Below, piece after piece: positions 1-8,773 of a stretch of 49,912 nucleotides of DNA. The stretch comes from Gemmatimonadales bacterium. Lineage in GTDB: Bacteria; Gemmatimonadota; Gemmatimonadetes; Gemmatimonadales; GWC2-71-9. Both the position numbers and the translations under genes were made by a program. The notes beneath the pieces were generated by a model. It was not told where the DNA came from. It saw only the letters and a list, made by a program, of their open reading frames with translations, and did not search any database. The DNA lies in contig JBBQFH010000024.1 of the NCBI GenBank assembly GCA_038321865.1, positions 1 to 49,912 on the forward strand. Direction: 5' to 3'. How positions within the stretch are numbered: position 1 is the stretch's first letter; each line of letters begins with the position of its first letter.

Positions 1-293
1 AGGATCGCCGGCATCGATTCCGCCGCCGCGTCGCGGAGCTGCGTGATCGCGCTGCCGAGCGCGCGGCGGAGCGGGGGCGGGAAGGTGAGACTGGTGAGCC
101 GCTGCTCCAGCGCGGTCAGCCGGCGCCGATGGGCGCGCTCCGCCAGCGGCGGGTCGAGCGTCAGGTCACCGGCGACCCGCACCACCAGCCAGAGCGCGAA
201 CACCCCCTCGCGCTTCGGGCCCCGCGCCGTGAGCGCGAGCGCCTGCACCAGCCCCGCGGCCGCGGGGTCCCAGTCACCGAGGATGAAGGTCAC
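1..293 (-). CDS. Hypothetical protein, runs off the window edge
   Basis: GTG at 293 opens MTFILGDWDPAAAGLVQALALTARGPKREGVFALWLVV... with no stop before position 1. TACATT -10-like hexamer lies 5 nt upstream. Not in the ORF track because it is truncated. Confidence 0.6.
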   Translation of the reverse strand, partial: MTFILGDWDPAAAGLVQALALTARGPKREGVFALWLVVRVAGDLTLDPPLAERAHRRRLTALEQRLTSLTFPPPLRRALGSAITQLRDAAAESMPAI

Positions 294-378
294 GCGGCAA
301 TGTACGGCGCGCGGAAAATGCTCGCCAGCGCGTACGCTCGCGTTGCGACCCGCGTACCGACGCCGGTACCTTGCGGGC

Positions 379-1944
379 ATGCCGCGTCCCAGGAGCATTC
401 TGTGGGTCGACGACGAGGTCGAGAGTCTCACCTCGCACGTCATGTTTCTCGAAGAGCAGGGCTTCGCCGTCGAAACCGCCTCGAACGGTGACGACGCGCT
501 GGTGCTGCTCCAGCGCCACGCGTACGGCGTCGTCCTGCTCGACGAGCAGATGCCGGGGCGCCGGGGCCTGGAGATCTTCCGGGCCATCCGGAGCGTGGAT
601 CAGGCGACTCCGGTCGTGATGGTCACCAAGAGCGAGGAATCCGAGACGCTCAAGGATGCCATCGGCTCGGAGATCTCGGACTACCTGATCAAGCCGGTCA
701 ATCCGCGGCAGATCCTCTCGGTCGTCACCCGGCTGCTCGAGGGTGACCGCATTCGCCAGCAGCGGCTCTCCCGCGACTTCGTCACCCGGTTCCGCGATCT
801 CGAGGCCCGCCGCGGCGCCCCGATGGCGTGGCGCGAATGGGTCGAGCTCGTCGCCGAGCTGGCGGAGTGGGAGGTGCGCCTCGGCCAGGCGGACGAGCCC
901 GGCCTGCAGGATGCGCTGCGGACGCTGCAGACGAGCATCCGCCAGGATTTCGCCCGCTATCTCCGATCGCACTACGTCGGCTGGCTCGACGGCAAGGACG
1001 AGGACCGGCCGCCGCTGTCGGTGGACATCGGCGCGGAATTCCTGCGCCCGGTCCTGCAGGCCCACGGCAAGGCGATGCTGGTCGTCGTGGACTGCCTGCG
1101 CCTCGACCAGTGGGCCATGATCCGGCCGCTGATCTCCGCCCGTTTCGACATCGAGACCGCGCACTACTTCTCGATTCTGCCGACGGCGACGCCGTTCGCG
1201 CGGAACGCGATCTTCAGCGGCCTCTTCCCGGCGGAGATCAAGGCGCGCTATCCGCAGTGGTGGGCCGATTCGGATGAGGCCAGCCTCAACGCGCACGAGG
1301 GCCAGCTCCTCACCGAGCAGCTGAAGGAGCTGACCGGCCACCCCGTGCCGGTGCACTATGAAAAAGTCTTCACCGCCGCGGACGGCGAAGGGCTGCTCAA
1401 GCGCCTGCCGGGCCACCTGGCGGGCGAGGGCGTGACGGCGCTGGTCTTCAACTTCATCGACCAGCTCACGCACGGGCGGACCGAAAACTCGACGCTGTTC
1501 GAAGTCGCCCGCGACACGCCGGCGCTCCGAAACCTTACGCGCACCTGGTTCGAGCGCTCGCCGCTCTGGGACGCGCTGCGGGAGGCCGAGCGCCGCGAGG
1601 TGCCGGTGCTGCTGACCACCGATCACGGATCCATTCACTGCCACACGCCGGCGACGGTGTTCGCCAAGCGGGACACGACCTCCAACCTGCGCTACAAATT
1701 CGGCGAGGATCTGCGGGCCCAGGATCCCGAGGCCGCGATCATGGTGGAGGACCTGGCGAGCTACGGCCTTCCGACCCGGACGCCCAACACCCGGCTGCTG
1801 CTCGCCACCGGCGACCGGTTCTTCGTCTATCCCACCAAGCTGCGCGAGTATCAGGCGCGCTATCGCGGCGCCTTCCTCCACGGGGGCGTCTCGCCCGAGG
1901 AAGTGATCCTCCCCATTGCGCTCCTCACACCGCGCCGGGGCTGA
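379..1944 (+). CDS. porX: PorX-like bifunctional response regulator / PglZ alkaline-phosphatase-superfamily protein (521 aa)
   Basis: Receiver domain (ILWVDDE, LLDEQMPG, VTKS, KP), then PglZ motifs VDCLRLDQW, LPTATPFARNAIFSG, DQLTH, TTDHG, HGG. Start moved to ATG 379; the upstream 112 codons of the ORF look non-coding. Confidence 0.88.
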   Translation: MPRPRSILWVDDEVESLTSHVMFLEEQGFAVETASNGDDALVLLQRHAYGVVLLDEQMPGRRGLEIFRAIRSVDQATPVVMVTKSEESETLKDAIGSEISDYLIKPVNPRQILSVVTRLLEGDRIRQQRLSRDFVTRFRDLEARRGAPMAWREWVELVAELAEWEVRLGQADEPGLQDALRTLQTSIRQDFARYLRSHYVGWLDGKDEDRPPLSVDIGAEFLRPVLQAHGKAMLVVVDCLRLDQWAMIRPLISARFDIETAHYFSILPTATPFARNAIFSGLFPAEIKARYPQWWADSDEASLNAHEGQLLTEQLKELTGHPVPVHYEKVFTAADGEGLLKRLPGHLAGEGVTALVFNFIDQLTHGRTENSTLFEVARDTPALRNLTRTWFERSPLWDALREAERREVPVLLTTDHGSIHCHTPATVFAKRDTTSNLRYKFGEDLRAQDPEAAIMVEDLASYGLPTRTPNTRLLLATGDRFFVYPTKLREYQARYRGAFLHGGVSPEEVILPIALLTPRRG

Positions 1945-1945
1945 G

Positions 1946-2932
1946 GTGACGGCCGACTCGGATGTCCGCGTGCTGCTGGTGGCCGAGTTCGACGACGCGC
2001 GGCACGCGCATGCGGCGCTCCGGCGCCGCGCGCTCGAGCGGCTCGGCTGCAAGGTGGATGTCTTCGATCTCAAGGGCCGGGGTGGGCTGATGGCGCGTGT
2101 TCGTGGCGGCACCCTGGCCGAGCGGCTTCGGGATACCGTCGCCCGGACGACGCCGCAGCTCGTCCTGGTGATCGGCGGGGACACGCTGGGCGTCGGCACG
2201 GTCGAGTCGCTGCGCCGGGATTCCTACGCCTCCTGGGTGAACCTGCTTCCCGGCGCGGCCGACTCCGATCTCGCCGTGTCGGCCTCCGATCTCGCCACGG
2301 CCTACGACGTGCTGTTCGTGCCGGACAGCGCGCTCGCCACGCGGCTCCGCACCCTGGGCCACGCGCGGAGCACCTACCTCCCCTTCGCCTGCGATCCGTC
2401 GGTACAGCGGCCGATGCGCTCGCGCGACCAGTTCCGCGCCAACGTCGTCTTCGTCGGCAGCGCCACGCCGTTTCGCGAGACGATGCTGGCGGGCCTCGCT
2501 GAATTCGGGCTGGCGGTGTGGGGGCCGGGCTGGCGGCGAACGGGGCTGCGCGACTATTGCCGGGGTGAGGCGCTCACGATGGCCGAGTACGTCAAGGCAT
2601 ATGCCGGGGCGACCGTCGCCGTCAACGTGCACCGGGTGGAACCCGGCTCGACCCGCGAAGTCGGCTGCAACCAGCGGCTGTTCGAGGTGGCGGCGATCGG
2701 GGTGCCACAGGTCACCGGCGACCGTGGCGATCTCCCGCAGCTCTTCGAGCCGTTCCGCGAGGTGCTGGTCTACGAAGATGCGGCGGGACTTCGCAAGCTG
2801 GTCAGCGACGCGCTGCAGGCGCCGGCGGCGGCGGAACAGCTGGCCGCGGCGGCGCGCCAGCGGGCACTGACTGAGCATACGCACATGCACCGGATGCGCG
2901 CGCTGCTCGACACCGCGCTGGCGGCGGCCTGA
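1946..2932 (+). CDS. CgeB-family glycosyltransferase
   Basis: YLPFACDP, VVFVGS, LAVWGPGW, VNVH, NQRLFEVAA motifs. GTG start 1 nt after the porX stop. Confidence 0.8.
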   Translation: MTADSDVRVLLVAEFDDARHAHAALRRRALERLGCKVDVFDLKGRGGLMARVRGGTLAERLRDTVARTTPQLVLVIGGDTLGVGTVESLRRDSYASWVNLLPGAADSDLAVSASDLATAYDVLFVPDSALATRLRTLGHARSTYLPFACDPSVQRPMRSRDQFRANVVFVGSATPFRETMLAGLAEFGLAVWGPGWRRTGLRDYCRGEALTMAEYVKAYAGATVAVNVHRVEPGSTREVGCNQRLFEVAAIGVPQVTGDRGDLPQLFEPFREVLVYEDAAGLRKLVSDALQAPAAAEQLAAAARQRALTEHTHMHRMRALLDTALAAA

Positions 2933-3763
2933 TCAGGCCGCCGGACGGTCCGCCAGGTCCAGCACTTCGGCGGTGGCCCGGTACCCCTCGTCGATCAGCT
3001 CGCGGGTCTGCAGGAACGAGAACATCCCCACGTTCTCGACTCGCGGCTCGACCAGCGTGAGCGGCGGGCCCTTCCAGTCGCGGACATGGTTTTCGATCTG
3101 GGCCTGCATCATGATCTCCAGCGCGCGGATGTAGGTGGCGGCGAACCCCTGCGTCTCCGAGAACGAGCGCACCACGCTCGTCGCGGCCACGTTCACGGCG
3201 ATGATCGGGCCGACCCCAGCTGTTGCGGCCACCCGCACCGGAAGATTCTCGACCACCGCGCCGTCCACGTAGTAGTGGCCCCCGATTTCCCTCGGCGGGA
3301 AGATGCCGGGCAGGGCACACGAGGCGAAGATCGCATCGGCCACCCGCACCGCGCGCCGGCCCGGGAGACCCCATGTCACTTGCTGGCCCGAGAGCAGGTC
3401 GACCGAATTGACCAGCAGCGGATGCTCCAGATCGTCGAAGGTGCGGTCGGCGACGAGGGTGTTGATCATCGCATCGAGCGGCTCGCGGCGATACACGGCG
3501 GGAGACAGCATGCGCCGGAGCGCCATGTCCATATGCGCGACGCGGAAGACGTCGCGGCGGCGGATCAGCAGCGACCGGGACTCCATCTCGTCGATCGGCA
3601 TGCCGGCCGCCCACGCACAGGCGACCAGCGCCCCCATGCTGGAGCCCACGATCAGCGCCGGCTCCATGCCGCGCTCCAGCAGCGCCTTGAGCACGCCGAT
3701 ATGGGCCATGCCCTTGGTTCCGCCGCCGCTCAGCACCAGCGTGTATGGACCTGCGGTCGTCAT
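2933..3763 (-). CDS. Patatin-like phospholipase (RssA/NTE type)
   Basis: LSGGGTKG oxyanion loop, GSSMG nucleophile motif, ASCALPGIFPP, VDGA. Start placed at ATG 3763 (MTTAGPYTLVL). Confidence 0.88.
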   Translation of the reverse strand: MTTAGPYTLVLSGGGTKGMAHIGVLKALLERGMEPALIVGSSMGALVACAWAAGMPIDEMESRSLLIRRRDVFRVAHMDMALRRMLSPAVYRREPLDAMINTLVADRTFDDLEHPLLVNSVDLLSGQQVTWGLPGRRAVRVADAIFASCALPGIFPPREIGGHYYVDGAVVENLPVRVAATAGVGPIIAVNVAATSVVRSFSETQGFAATYIRALEIMMQAQIENHVRDWKGPPLTLVEPRVENVGMFSFLQTRELIDEGYRATAEVLDLADRPAA

Positions 3764-3868
3764 GTTGCCCGTGCCCCCCGGGTGGAGTAACGTTGCGCAG
3801 CGATTGTCCCGGCAAGAAGCATGCACGCCATCCGCGTGCTGCGCCCCCTCACCGCCGTTCGGAGGCCG

Positions 3869-4726
3869 ATGACCGCCGTCGCCGAGTCTTCGCAGCTCCA
3901 TCGGCGGCTCCGCACCGACCGTTTTTTCCAGCTCGGCCTTCTGCTGGTCCTTGCCGTGGTCGTCGCGGCGGTATTTGCGCCGCTCCTCGCGCCGCACGAC
4001 CCGCTCCTGGGAGACACGCGAACCGCGTATCTGACGCCCCCCGGGAACCACTTCCTCCTCGGAACGGACACGCAGGGCCGGGACGTGCTCAGCCGCGTGC
4101 TCTACGGCGCCCGGATCTCCCTGGCCGTCGGCCTCATTTCCCAGACCGTGGCCATCATGCTGGGGGTGACGCTGGGCCTCATCGCCGGCTACTACGGGCG
4201 CTGGGTGGACGTCCTGATCATGCGCCTCGCCGACATCACCCTCGCCTTTCCCACGCTCCTCCTGCTGATCGCGGTGGCCGCGGCGGTGAAGCCGTCGCTG
4301 CCGGTGGTGTTCGTCGTGATCGGCGCGGTGGGCTGGGCCAGCATGGCCCGGCTGGTCCGTAGCCAGGTCCTCGTGCTCCGCGGCGCCGAATACGTGCTGG
4401 CGGCCCAGGCCCTCGGCGCCCGGGACCGAAGGGTACTGCTGCGGCACCTGCTTCCCAATGTACGGACGCAGGTCATCATTTCCGCCACGCTCGGCATCGG
4501 CGGAGCCATCATGGCAGAGGCGGCGCTCTCGTTCGTCGGGCTTGGGGCTCAGCCGCCCACCCCCAGCTGGGGCGCGATGGTCTCCGACGGGCGTGATCTG
4601 CTGCGCGTTGCGCCCTGGGTGTCGTTCGCGCCCGGCATCGCCATCGGGCTCGCCGTGCTCGGCTTCAACCTCGTCGGCGACGGGTTGCGCGAAGTCTACG
4701 ACCCCCGGCTCCGGACCGACCGATGA
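3869..4726 (+). CDS. Peptide/nickel ABC transporter permease (DppC/OppC family)
   Basis: LGTDTQGRD, EYVLAAQALGA (EAA loop), RHLLPN, LSFVGLG-QPPTPSWG. GGAGG at 3861. Confidence 0.9.
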   Translation: MTAVAESSQLHRRLRTDRFFQLGLLLVLAVVVAAVFAPLLAPHDPLLGDTRTAYLTPPGNHFLLGTDTQGRDVLSRVLYGARISLAVGLISQTVAIMLGVTLGLIAGYYGRWVDVLIMRLADITLAFPTLLLLIAVAAAVKPSLPVVFVVIGAVGWASMARLVRSQVLVLRGAEYVLAAQALGARDRRVLLRHLLPNVRTQVIISATLGIGGAIMAEAALSFVGLGAQPPTPSWGAMVSDGRDLLRVAPWVSFAPGIAIGLAVLGFNLVGDGLREVYDPRLRTDR

Positions 4727-5874
4727 TCGACCTCGCCACCCTCGCCGCCGCCGAATTTCCCTGGACCGCGGAAGCGACCTATCTCAACAGCGCGAGCACC
4801 GGCCCGCTGCCCGAGCGGAGCCGACGCGCCGTGGACGCATTCAACGCCCGCCGGTCGACTCCCTATCTGCTGCCGGACGCCGATCTCTTCGCGATCTTCG
4901 CCGAGTCGCGCGCGCTGGTGGCACGGCTGCTCAACGTCTCGGCGGAGGAGATCGCGCTGGCCACCAACACCAGCTACGGGCTCAATCTCGCCGCCAGCAT
5001 GCTGCCGCTGGAGCCGGGCGATACCGTGGTGGTGAGCGACAAGGAGTTCCCGGCCAACGTGTATCCCTGGCTCCGTCTCCGCGAGCGTGGGGTCACCGTC
5101 GAGCTGGCGCCGACCACGGCGGCGGGATGGCCGGACGAGGGATACCTGATCGAGCGCGCCGGCGACCCCCGCGTCAGAGCGGTGGCGGTGTCGCTGGTGC
5201 AGTTCTCCAACGGATACGCCGTGGATCTCGATGCGCTGTCGGCGGCCACGCGCGCCGGGGGAACCTTTCTCGTCGTGGACGCCATCCAGGGCATCGGCGT
5301 GCGGCCGATCGACCTCTCGCGGACCCACGTGGACATCCTGTCCTGCGGCGGGCAGAAGTGGCTGCTGTCGCCCTGGGGATCGGGCTTCACCTACGTGCGC
5401 CGCGAGTTGATCCAGCGGCTGGAGCCGCCGGCGCCCGGCTGGATGGCGTTCGAGGGCACCGATGACTTCTCGAAGCTGACCCAGTACAGTCCCACCTTCC
5501 GCGCCGACGCGCGGCGCTTCGAGATGATCACGCTGCCGTTCCAGGACTTCGTCGGGCTCAACGTGTCGCTCGACATGCTGCTCGGCATCGGTGTCGAGCG
5601 GATCGCGGCTCACCTGCGCGCGCTGCATCAGCCGGTGCTCGAGTGGGCCGCGCGCCGGGGAGTGCGGGTGACGTCACCGGTCGGAGCGCACGGCTCGTCG
5701 ATCCTGTGCGTCGCGCCGCCGGAGCCCGCGGCGGCGTACGCGGCGCTCCGCGAGGCACGCATCTACAGCAGTCTTCGCGAGGGCTCGATTCGGCTGAGCC
5801 CGCACATATTCAATACCGGCGCCGACATGGCGCGGGTCGTCGAGGTGCTCGACGCAACTGTTCCGGGAGACTGA
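4723..5874 (+). CDS. Aminotransferase class V-fold PLP enzyme (cysteine desulfurase/selenocysteine lyase-like)
   Basis: YLNSASTGP, VVDAIQG, GQKWLLSP (PLP lysine), IRLSPH. ATGA overlap with the permease. Confidence 0.85.
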   Translation: MIDLATLAAAEFPWTAEATYLNSASTGPLPERSRRAVDAFNARRSTPYLLPDADLFAIFAESRALVARLLNVSAEEIALATNTSYGLNLAASMLPLEPGDTVVVSDKEFPANVYPWLRLRERGVTVELAPTTAAGWPDEGYLIERAGDPRVRAVAVSLVQFSNGYAVDLDALSAATRAGGTFLVVDAIQGIGVRPIDLSRTHVDILSCGGQKWLLSPWGSGFTYVRRELIQRLEPPAPGWMAFEGTDDFSKLTQYSPTFRADARRFEMITLPFQDFVGLNVSLDMLLGIGVERIAAHLRALHQPVLEWAARRGVRVTSPVGAHGSSILCVAPPEPAAAYAALREARIYSSLREGSIRLSPHIFNTGADMARVVEVLDATVPGD

Positions 5875-5875
5875 G

Positions 5876-7417
5876 ATGGCTTCGTTCGATGACATGCTGA
5901 AGGCCGGCTACGGGTTCGGCGACCCGTCGATCACGCTGGGCGCGGCGCTCGAGGGCGACACGGTGCACCCCGAGCCGAAGATCCGCATTCCGCTCGCAAT
6001 GCTGAACCGGCACGGCCTGATCGCCGGCGCGACCGGCACCGGCAAGACCAAGACGCTCCAGCTCCTGGCCGAGCAGCTCTCGGCGCAGGGCGTGCCGGTG
6101 TTCGCGGCCGACATCAAGGGCGATCTCTCGGGGATCGCGATGCCCGGCACCGCCGACGACCGGGTGACGGCGCGGGCGACGAGCATCGGCTACGAGTGGA
6201 AGCCCGGCGGATCGCCGGTCGAGTTCGTGAGCCTGTCCGGCAAGCTCGGCGTGCAGCTCCGCGCGACCGTCAGCTCCTTCGGCCCGCAGCTGCTCGCCAA
6301 GGTGCTCGAGCTCAACGACACGCAGACGAGCGTGCTCGCCCTGGTCTACAAGTACTGCGACGACCAGCAGCTGCCGCTGCTCGACTTCGCCGACCTGCGC
6401 GCGGTGCTGACCTATCTGGTGTCGGATGAGGGGAAGAGCTCGCTGGCGGCCTACGGCGGGATGCAGGGCGCGACCGTCGGCGTCCTGCTGCGCAAGATGG
6501 TCGAGCTGGAACAGCAGGGCGCGGGCCAGTTCTTCGGCGAGCCCGAGTTCGACGTGAAGGACCTGCTGACGGTGACGCGGGACGGCCGTGGCGTCGTCAC
6601 CTGCCTGGAGCTGGCCGATGTGCAGGACAAGCCGGCGCTCTTCTCGACCTTCATGATGTGGCTGCTGGCCCAGCTCTACCACAACCTGCCCGAGGCGGGC
6701 GACCTGCCGAAGCCCCGGCTGGCCTTCTTCTTCGACGAGGCGCACCTGCTGTTCGACAACGCGTCGCGTGGATTCATCGAGCAGATCGAGCAGACCGTGC
6801 GGCTCATCCGCTCGAAGGGCGTGGGGGTCTTTCTTGTGACGCAATCGCCCAAGGACGTGCCGGACTCGGTGCTGGCGCAGCTCAGCAACCGGGTGCAGCA
6901 TGCGCTCCGCGCGCACACGCCGGACGAGGAGCAGGCGCTCCGCGCCGCGGTGCGGACCTTCCCCAAGACGACGTTCTACGATCTGGAGCAGACGCTCCAG
7001 AGTCTCGGCATCGGCGAGGCGGCGGTGACGTTCCTGAATGCGAAGGGCGTGCCGACGCCGGTGGTGGCGACCCGGCTCATTCCGCCCGCGTCACGCATGG
7101 CGCCCCTCTCGCCGGAGGAGCTCGCGGCCGATATCCGCCAGTCGGATCTGGTCGCGGAGTACGGAACGGCGGTGGATCGGGAGAGCGCGCGTGAGCTGCT
7201 GGCCAAGCGGATGGCGGCGAGCGCCCCGCCGGCCGGGGCGCCGGCGCCGCCCGCCGGCAAGCCGGGCAAGACGATCGCGCAGGTGGCCGGGGCGGCGGTC
7301 GTCGGCGCCCTCTCGTCGTCCATCGGCCGGACCGTGGGACGAGAGGTGGTACGCGGACTGTTCGGCCTGCTCGGTGCCAAGCCGCCGCGCGCGTCGAGCA
7401 GCCGGACGCGCTGGTAG
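5876..7417 (+). CDS. DUF853 / HerA-like P-loop ATPase (YjgR family)
   Basis: NRHGLIAGATGTGKTKTLQ, DIKGDLSG, FFFDEAHLLF, RSKGVG, NRVQHALRA. Confidence 0.88.
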   Translation: MASFDDMLKAGYGFGDPSITLGAALEGDTVHPEPKIRIPLAMLNRHGLIAGATGTGKTKTLQLLAEQLSAQGVPVFAADIKGDLSGIAMPGTADDRVTARATSIGYEWKPGGSPVEFVSLSGKLGVQLRATVSSFGPQLLAKVLELNDTQTSVLALVYKYCDDQQLPLLDFADLRAVLTYLVSDEGKSSLAAYGGMQGATVGVLLRKMVELEQQGAGQFFGEPEFDVKDLLTVTRDGRGVVTCLELADVQDKPALFSTFMMWLLAQLYHNLPEAGDLPKPRLAFFFDEAHLLFDNASRGFIEQIEQTVRLIRSKGVGVFLVTQSPKDVPDSVLAQLSNRVQHALRAHTPDEEQALRAAVRTFPKTTFYDLEQTLQSLGIGEAAVTFLNAKGVPTPVVATRLIPPASRMAPLSPEELAADIRQSDLVAEYGTAVDRESARELLAKRMAASAPPAGAPAPPAGKPGKTIAQVAGAAVVGALSSSIGRTVGREVVRGLFGLLGAKPPRASSSRTRW

Positions 7418-7440
7418 CTCAGCGCTCCACGATGTTGCGG

Positions 7441-8691
7441 CTAGCGGTCCACCGTGAGCATCGCATGATGTTTCTTGCCCTTCCGCAGAAGGATGTATCG
7501 CCCCTGCCGGAGGTCGGCGGCCGTGACCCGCCGGTTCACGTCGGCCTCGACCACGCCGTTCACCGAGAATCCCTTTCCCTCGATGCCGCGCCGGGCCTCG
7601 CCCTTGCTCGACGCCAGCCCGGCCCGCACCAGCACGTCGGTCAGCGGCAGCCCGTCGTCGAGATCGCCGGCGGAGAGCGGCACGCTCGGCATCGTGTCCG
7701 CCAGCGCGGCGTAGTCGGACTCGCCGCCGCTGAACACCGCGGCACTGGCCGCGACGGCCTTGTCCGCCTCATCCTCCCCGTGCACCACCGCCGTCACTTC
7801 CCGCGCCAGCAGCCGCTGGGCCGCCCGTGAGGCGGGATCGGCGGTCTGCGCCGCCATCACCTCCGCGATGTCGCCGAGCGGCAGGAAGGTGAAGAGCTTG
7901 AGGAACCGCTCCACATCGCGATCGTCGCTGTTGAGCCAGAACTGGTAGAACTGGTACGGACTGGTGCGGGCCGGGTCCAGCCAGATGTTGCCGTCTTCGC
8001 TCTTGCCGAACTTGGCGCCGCCGGCGGTGGTCATCAGCGGGAACACGATGCCGTGGGCCTGCGCACCCTCCCGCCGCGAAATGAGCTCGATGCCCGCCGT
8101 GATGTTGCCCCACTGGTCGCTGCCGCCCAGCTGCAGCTCGCAGTGCTCGGTCCGATGGAGGTGCCAGAAGTCGTGCGCCTGCGTCAGCATGTAGCTGAAC
8201 TCGGTGTAGGAAATCCCGGTCTCCATCCGGCTCTTCACCGAATCCTTCTGCAGCATGTAGTTGACCGTGAAGTGCTTGCCGACGTCTCGCAGGAACTCCA
8301 TCAGGCCCAGCGTCCGGAGCCAGTCGGCGTTGTTGCGGATCCGGGCGGCGTTGGCGACGTCGAACCGGAGCAACCGCCGCAGCTGCGCCTCGACGCCGCG
8401 GGCGTTGGCGTCGATCTCCTCGACCGACAGGATCGGGCGCTCCTGCCGCTTGCCGCTGGGATCGCCGACCATGCCGGTGCCGCCGCCGATCAGCGCGATC
8501 GGCGTCCCGCCATGCCGCTGCAGCCAGGCCAGCCCCATGATCGGTACCAGGCTCCCGACGTGGAGCGAGTCGGCCGTCGGGTCGAACCCGGCGTACCCCA
8601 CGATCGGCCCGGCCTTCAGCCGTGCCTCGGCGCTGGGTGTGACGTCCTGGATGAAGCCGCGGTCGGCGAGGGTGCTGATGAGATCGGTCAT
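7441..8691 (-). CDS. tyrS: Tyrosine--tRNA ligase
   Basis: [12 protein letters not shown] (HIGH), [21 protein letters not shown] (KMSKS), C-terminal S4 domain. Start placed at ATG 8691. Confidence 0.97.
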   Translation of the reverse strand: MTDLISTLADRGFIQDVTPSAEARLKAGPIVGYAGFDPTADSLHVGSLVPIMGLAWLQRHGGTPIALIGGGTGMVGDPSGKRQERPILSVEEIDANARGVEAQLRRLLRFDVANAARIRNNADWLRTLGLMEFLRDVGKHFTVNYMLQKDSVKSRMETGISYTEFSYMLTQAHDFWHLHRTEHCELQLGGSDQWGNITAGIELISRREGAQAHGIVFPLMTTAGGAKFGKSEDGNIWLDPARTSPYQFYQFWLNSDDRDVERFLKLFTFLPLGDIAEVMAAQTADPASRAAQRLLAREVTAVVHGEDEADKAVAASAAVFSGGESDYAALADTMPSVPLSAGDLDDGLPLTDVLVRAGLASSKGEARRGIEGKGFSVNGVVEADVNRRVTAADLRQGRYILLRKGKKHHAMLTVDR

Positions 8692-8773
8692 GGGCCAATC
8701 GTAGGGTGCCCGGGGGAACGCAGCAAGATGCGGCGGTGGCAGCCCCCCGGGTGCCTTGCTACTTTTACGCCAT

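Noticed and set aside
379..1944. PglZ domain as evidence of a BREX defence system
   Set aside because: It is fused to a receiver domain (PorX architecture) and no brxC, pglX or brxL genes are present.
2933..3763. Patatin as a cGAMP-activated CBASS CapV effector
   Set aside because: Motifs fit the housekeeping RssA/NTE type and there is no adjacent CD-NTase or Cap2/Cap3.
8692..8773. T-box leader upstream of tyrS; inverted repeat CCCGGGGG/CCCCCGGG
   Set aside because: The spacer is only 82 nt, has no T-box motif and appears leaderless. The short GC-only repeat is plausibly chance.
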